DNA from: the human T2T-CHM13v2.0 reference genome, Homo sapiens
Assembly (NCBI RefSeq): GCF_009914755.1
Contig: NC_060934.1
Length of the DNA stretch: 64,000 nt
Strand: one strand, 5' to 3'
Position 1 is the stretch's first letter. Every line of letters begins with the position of its first letter. The notes under the pieces were generated by a model that saw nothing but the letters and a program-made list of their open reading frames with translations, had not been told where the DNA came from and did not search any database. A program made the position numbers and the translations under genes. Positions 57,190 through 64,000 of this stretch are shown piece by piece.

Positions 57190-58014
57190 AAGAATAAGTA
57201 TTCTTGCTGAAAACTGCTACACATTCTAAAATAGCATTTTCTAAAAATCATATCACTGATTAAAGGAACTTCAATAGACTTGCTATTACGTATATTTACA
57301 TAAAACCATTTTATTTGTCGATACTAATCGTTGTGCTATTTCTTCACATGCCTTTCCTAATCAAGAAAACTTTGCCAAAAGGACAAAAGTTGAAAACTGT
57401 AACCTCAGCAATCCCTAACTTTGGGGACTTATCCCCCAGTACAAATGTTCATGCATATGCATATTTTCATCACAGATTCAGACAGATGCCCTTGCATTGA
57501 TTTGAATACTTGCATAAATATTAATGTGTACAAATGCTTGCATGCAGAAAACCCATTTATGAAATATCCAATTGCATAAATTAGGTACATTAGATACTAA
57601 CTGCATTAACACTTCAGAAAATGCATGCACAAGTTTGCATGACAAAAAAAAAAGGTACAATCGATTAGAAGAACCTAGATTCTCTCGATGTGTTTGCCAT
57701 TCTGTGGGCATGAACTGGGGATCCCCAGCAATGATTTGAAGCCTTTAGATTACTTATGGTTCACCATTTGCATCAGTCCCTCCTGACCCAAAAACTAATT
57801 AAGCCCTTTTTTATAGTAAATTTATAAATTGTTACCTGTGACCATGAAAGAAAGTGTCAATTTTTTAAGCCATCAGATGCCCTTAAGAACTAGTTTTTTC
57901 ACAACAAATATGACTCCAAAGTTATTTTCAGAAAATAGCCTCAAAACTTACCCGTACACTACTAGACTATATGACTGACTCACTCTCAGGAGTGGCAGGT
58001 AAATATAAACCTTA

Positions 58015-58331
<317 letters not shown>

Positions 58332-58919
58332 AAGTTACATAAGAAAATACAATAAAGCCTCACGGTTTGGTGAATTCAGATACAACACAAATGACATTGG
58401 CAGGTGTCCTCCACTCAGTTCTAGTTCTCAAGTGAGGACGGTTCTTATCTTGGGGAGATGAGTGTTTAAGAAGCCATTTCCTTATCACCAACTATTAGGA
58501 GTTTCTCAGTTCAGTATATGGCCAGCTGGGTACACTATCAGTTTCACTATCTTTACTTTTGTATTTTTTGTAAAAGTACAGGTTGATTTTAAAATATGTT
58601 TTCATTAATGTTGAAATTTAAAAAAAAAGGCCCCATTTTACACTTCAACTTTTTGTGCCTGATTTATGAAATGATTGCAAGTTCTCACTCCCTGCTTCAG
58701 ACTGGACTTTAGTCTCATCTGGGACTGAGCAAGACTTCACAGACAGGTCTACGGTCAAAACAAAAGGCAAAGAAGATGGGTTCTGAGCCCCAAGTATTCC
58801 TTCTATTACAGAGAGTGCCTAGGTCTCCTTGAAACTCAAATTCGGCTGTCATGAGAATATGACAAGCATCTCAGGAGCTGAAGGGATATATAAAGTGTTT
58901 GGGACTATTTCTGCCTAGT

Positions 58920-59385
58920 CTCAAAGGATGTGCTTTTTGATCAGAGAGTGTGCCACAGGGACTTACTAATGTGCACTAACGCAGACTCATTAGTCATTCT
59001 CCTTGCCACACCACTCCACATTTTGAGCCTTCCACAGTGAAGTGAGTCCGCAAAACTGAATTCTAGCCTGTGGAATATGGATGGACGTGACGTGCATGAC
59101 TTCCAGACTGAACCTGAAACCCGTGCTATCCACGATGGGCCCGCTCTTTGCCTGACTGCACACCAGATACAGCTCATCCAGTGGAGAATGCCATGGCCCC
59201 ACTGGATACGAGAGGTGCTAGACAGAAGGGGCCTGGATCCCTGAATGACTGCATGGAACAGAGCCCTTTTAAGCCCCCTCTCTGCTACCAAGCTGTGTTG
59301 GTTTGTAGTGTCAGAGTAAAATAAACCTCTATTGTACTGAGATCTGAAGGTTGTTTATTTCAGCAGCTAACTTCCTGACTCATAC
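58920..59385 (+). mobile_element. MaLR MLT1-type LTR
   Basis: CCTGGATCCCTGAATGACTGCATGGAACAGAGCC...AATAAACCTCTATTGT...CTGACTCATACA terminus. Confidence 0.65.
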
Positions 59386-62008
59386 AAGGTGCAACCACAG
59401 CACATAAAATGCACCTACTATTTCATTAACAGACAAATCTTTAAGACATAGCAACATTTCTAGCAGGAACAAAATGGGAAGAGAGATCTAGGACAGTATC
59501 ACGATAGGTCAAGAGTTGTGATTGGAAATGAATCTGGAAATAAACTGGCATGTTGTGCAATAGTGAAGCAAAGTGCCACACGATTTTATTTATTCGTTAA
59601 AACACTTACTGAAGGCCAATACATGCCAGGTACCATGTCTGGTGCTAGGGTTAAAAATATGACTGGCCACATTCCCTGAGCTCAAAGAACCACAGTCTAC
59701 CTGGCTAGAAAGAGAGGAAATTCAATCAGTCCTTCAACACAGTGTGGTAAGCATTATAAAAGTCACCCTGAGGAAGCATCCACCATCTCCTCTCAGATGG
59801 AGATTTTGTATAATACACAACATGGGTATCAATAACAAAGATCACAACATAGATTCATTTCTGGATAAAAAATAACAGAAATTTTGAATCTTCTCAAGAC
59901 TGTGCTTAACACGACAACTGGCAACTGTGAGCCTACAAGTGACGCTAATATCAAGTAAGGCAGCAGACGATTATCAGCATCTCTTCATCGAATTCACTAA
60001 GCACCACATGGAAGAATGCAGATAACAGAACTGAGAACACCCCCAAGAACATGCTCCCCTCGGTAGTGAGCCTTAAAATATTTGCATCGCCTGGAAATCA
60101 CACGGACTTTGGCAGATCTCCTCCTTTGCAAGGATACTGTGCAATGAGAGACTGATTCTGGAATCTGTGCCTTTTAATGAAATGGAAGCAGAATTAAAAC
60201 ACTGTTACCTCTTTAAATTAAAATACAGAATTTCAGAAGAAATACACGGTTTTCTCCATCCCATCTTAAATAATCTTGATGCTTATCACAATGCTTGTAA
60301 GGATGCAAAGAATCATTAGGAAATTATCTAAAAATCTTAGGGTCCTGAGTTTAAATTGCAAAATAGCTCATTTGTGAACTAATAATCTAAGAAGAATTTT
60401 TTTCACCTTCAATACATGAGAATCATTATAGGCCCAACTTCCACTCTTATCACTGGAAGTTCTATAATGGACATTAGCTCCCAGAAAAAAATTGCAGCAC
60501 TATTTAATAAAGATATTATATCTAAAACTGTAAGGGATGGTAATCAAAATAACGTGCCTTCTAAAAAATCCAAATAAATATAAAATAAACTGTTGCAAAT
60601 GGCAATAAATTTGAAGACTGGAAATACTGCTGCTACTTCTACAAATTCAAAATGACATGACTAATTAAAGCATTTCCATGCCAAAATCTTTCCTCCATTT
60701 TCAGTTTATTGCATAATAATAACAAAACTACCAATTATTAAGCACAATGACAAATCTTTTACTCATATTCTAAGAGCTAATATTTAATTCTCATAAAAAC
60801 TCTGCAAATATTTTCATTTCCATTTTACAGATGTGGAAACTTAGACATAATAAAGTGAATGAAACAGAATCACTTTATTACTCTATTTCCTACGGTAAAA
60901 GGGGCAATAAAAAAAAGATGTGGGCATCAGAACTCAGGTCTAGTCTGTCTCTCAAATCAGCTGTTTATGCCTAACAGGCTATTGCAAATGGAACCTAAAA
61001 AATGGTGGACAAAGATTATGAAATCTGTATAAGCAGAATCCAAATTCAGTCTGCTTGTCACTCTGGCCCATGTCTTTTCTGTCCTGAATCACATAATTAA
61101 CTATGTCTGTTCCCCACTTCCTTTTACAATTAGGTCTGGCCTTAGAGCAAGAATTAAGTGAGAGCTTAAATCCAAGGGACAGCTCCTTCTCTAGTGTACA
61201 AACATTCCAAAAAGCAGAAGGCCAGCTGCCTCTTTCTTGGCAACTTCTCACTGAATCTAAATAAATAATGCAGTGTTTTCTGTGTTTCAATTTTCTTTAG
61301 GATTACCACTCATTATAGTTTAATTTCTGCCTGTTCTAATTATTGCCTTTTCTGACCTTGCAAATGACCTGGTAATCCAACACTGTTCAACAGGCTTGAA
61401 CATCTCCCACCTTATGAATAAGCTTGGGTCGATTCCTTTTCAGCAGCAACATAAACACTAGCTCATATCACATACTCTTAAAAAGAACAAAAGCATAAGA
61501 AGGAAATGGGACCTTTCATCAAACATCCCGTTTTTTGCCTGGTATTAATCCGCATTTCAAAGCAAAACATTTTGGAATCATTAGGAATAAATACCACCAC
61601 TTTGCTTTCGATGTGTGATCTGGAAGGATTTAAAATTGCACCTGCCAAGTGCAGCCCAATGACACAGGCTCAGCTTTCTCCTGCCCTACATGAGGGCACA
61701 CAGACTTCCCCAACTCTCCCAAACCATGCTAAACTGGTTTTCCCATGTCTCTCAATTACATGTTAATAAAATTCTTAAAGACCCAAAAGGAAAGCCAATC
61801 ACCCCTTGGTGTACCCATCTCCACTGAGAAAGCTCGATTTCATATTTTTATTTAACAGCAACTTTCTTCTGAGTCACGCAAAGGGCTTTTCCATCATGCA
61901 TTCATTCATCCTCCCAACTTAAAATAAGCATCAGATATTATCATTCCCATGAGAGATGTAGGAGAAAACAGGCATAGTGATTGAGGTACAATGTTCAGCT
62001 GAAACAGG

Positions 62009-62485
62009 TCACTTCAAAAGTTGAAAGAGCCAGGGGGTGGAGACAAGATGGTCGAATAGGAACAGCTCCAGTCTACAGCTCCCAGTGTGAGTGACGCAGA
62101 AAACAGATGATTTCTGCATTTCCAACTGGGGGACTGGGTTCATCTCACTGGGGAGTGTCAGAAAGTGGGTGCAGGACAGTGGGTGCAGTGCACCAAGCGT
62201 GAGCTGAAGCAGGGTGAGGCATCGCCTCACCCAGGATGCACAAGGGGTCAGGGAATTCCCTTTCCTAGTCAAAGAAAGGGGTGACAGATGGCACCTGGAA
62301 AATCGGGTCACTCCCACCCTAATACAGCACTTTTCCGACGGTTTTAGCAAACGGCACACCAGGAGATCATATCCTGTGCCTGGCTCAGAGGGTCCTACAC
62401 CCATGGAGCCTCGCTCATTGCTAGCACAGCAGTCTGAGATCAAACTGCAAGGCGGCAGCAAGGGTGGAGGAGGGGCGCCCGCCAT
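62009..62485 (-). CDS. L1 antisense ORF0, open and C-terminally extended (158 aa); expression unknown
   Basis: MAGAPPP..LPPCSLISDCCASN..GVGPSEPG..IRVGVTRFSRC matches primate L1 ORF0; strong Kozak GCA-ATG-G. Confidence 0.6.
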   Translation of the reverse strand: MAGAPPPPLLPPCSLISDCCASNERGSMGVGPSEPGTGYDLLVCRLLKPSEKCCIRVGVTRFSRCHLSPLSLTRKGNSLTPCASWVRRCLTLLQLTLGALHPLSCTHFLTLPSEMNPVPQLEMQKSSVFCVTHTGSCRLELFLFDHLVSTPWLFQLLK

Positions 62486-64000
62486 TGCCCAGGCTTGAGT
62501 AGGTAAACAAAGCGGCCAGGAAGCTTGAACTGGGTGGAGCCCACCTCAGCTCAAGGAGGCCTGCCTGCCTCTGTAGACTCCACCTCTCGGGGCAGGGCAT
62601 AGCCAAACAAAATGCAGCAGAATCCTCCACAGACTTAAATGTCCCTGTCTGACAGCTTTGAAGACAGTAGTGGTTCTCCCAGCACACAGCTGGAGATCTG
62701 AGAATGGACAGACTACCTCCTAAAGTGGGTCCCTGACCCCCGAGTAGCCTAGCTGGGAGGCACCCCCCAGTAGGGGCAGACTGACACCTCACACGGCTGG
62801 GTACTCCTCTGAGACAAAACTTGCAGAGGAACGATCAAGCAGCAACATTTGCTGCTCACCAATGTCTGCTGTTCTGCAGCCTCCGCTGCTGATACCCAGG
62901 GAAACACGGTCTGGAGTGGACCTCCAGTAAACTCCAACAGACCTGCACCTGAGGGTCCTGACTGTTAGAAGGAAAACTAACAAACAGAAAGGACATCCAC
63001 ACCAAAAACCCATCTGTACATCACCATCATCAAAGACCAAAGGTAGATAAAACCACAAAGATGGGGAGACACCAGAGCAGAAAAGCTGAAAATTCTAAAA
63101 ATCAGAGCGCCTCTTCTCCTTAAAAGGAATGCAGCTCCTCACCAACAACGGAACAAAGCTGGATGGAGAATGACTTTGACGAGTTGAGAGAAGAAGGCTT
63201 CAGACAATCAAACTACTCTGAGCTAAAGGAGGAAGTTCGAACCCATGGCAAAGAAGTTAAAAACTTGAAAAAAAATTAGACGAATGGCTAACTAGAATAA
63301 CCAATGCAAAGAAGTCCTCAAAGGACCTGATGGAGCTGAAAACCATCGCACAACAACTACGTGACGAATGCACGAGCCTCAGTAGCCGATGCGATCAACT
63401 GGAAGAAAGGATATCAGTGATGCAACATCAAATGAATGAAATGAAGCAAGAAGAGAAGTTTAGAGAAAAAAGAATAAAAAGAAATGAACAAAACCTCCAA
63501 GAAATATGGGACTATGTGAAAAGACCAAATCTATGTCTGCCTGGTGTACCTGAAAGTGATGGGGAGAACGGAACCAAGTTGGAAAACACTCTGCAGGATA
63601 TTATCCAGGAGAACTTCCCCAATCTAGCAAGGCAGGCCAACATTCAGATTCAGGAAATACAGAGAACACCACAAAGATACTCCCCAAGAAGAGCAACTCC
63701 AAGACACATAACTGTCAGATTCACCAAAGTTGAAATGAAGGAAAAAAGGTTAAGGGCAGCCAGAAAGGTCAGGTTACCCACAAAGGGATGCCCATCAGAC
63801 TAACAGCTGATCTCTCAGCAGAAACTCTACAAGCCAGAAGAGAGTGGGGGCCAATATTCAACATTCTTAAAGAAAAGAATTTTCAACCCAGAATTTCATA
63901 TCCAGCCAAACTAAGCTTCTTAAGTGAAGGAGAAATAAAATACTTTACAGACAAGCAAATGCTGAGAGATTTTGTCACCACCAAGCCTGCCCTAAAAGAG
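62033..64000 (+). mobile_element. 5' end of an L1PA (L1PA4-6-like) with intact 5'UTR: 5'UTR 62033-63060 plus ORF1 region, running off the window
   Basis: GGGGGTGGAGACAAGATGGTCGAATAGGAACAGCTCC start; complete ~1-kb 5'UTR; ORF1 ATG at 63061. Confidence 0.96.
63061..64000 (+). pseudogene. Disabled L1 ORF1 (ORF1p coiled-coil/RRM)
   Basis: In-frame TAA at 63121-63123 (codon 21); apparent frameshifts near 63265 and 63763; ORF 63330..63803 matches ORF1p (EIWDYVKRPNL, QENFPNLARQANIQIQEIQRTPQRY). Confidence 0.9.

Noticed and set aside
53828-57500. Similar ORFs 53828..54166 and 57315..57500 as a duplicated small gene
   Set aside because: The similarity comes from the A/A' DNA duplication; indels break the frame, neither begins with ATG, and no splice or promoter context is present
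63330-63803. Functional L1 ORF1p
   Set aside because: Internal fragment only: upstream stop at 63121 and frameshifts on either side

Overview
Primate (human-like) genomic DNA, AT-rich and repeat-dense, not prokaryotic. The minus strand carries the 5' end of cardiac nebulette (NEBL). Coding exons 1-5 are 21769-21689, 21593-21522, 14502-14398, 12761-12651 and 5460-5350; all have GT-AG boundaries, are phase 0 and together encode aa 1-160. A CpG-poor cardiac-type proximal promoter lies at about 21.85-22.3 kb. From known NEBL structure, the whole window should also be intronic to the upstream-initiating LIM-nebulette/LASP2 isoform. The rest is about 20 Alus, several L1 fragments, the 5' end of an L1PA (62033 to window end), solo LTRs, DNA-transposon fossils, MIR/L2 and microsatellites. 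I see no convincing new gene system. The most unusual sequence-supported observations are: (1) two ~240-250 bp blocks at 53.9-57.5 kb, each copied near the other's source (reciprocal templated insertions, ~90% identity); (2) a candidate 6-nt microexon with two perfect 5' splice sites at ~50.15 kb; (3) an open L1 ORF0 extended to 158 aa and pointing toward NEBL; (4) two overlapping uORFs just ahead of the nebulette ATG; (5) a very strong cryptic Alu acceptor behind a 227-nt pyrimidine tract. Repeat subfamily names come from remembered consensus sequences and need RepeatMasker/Dfam confirmation.
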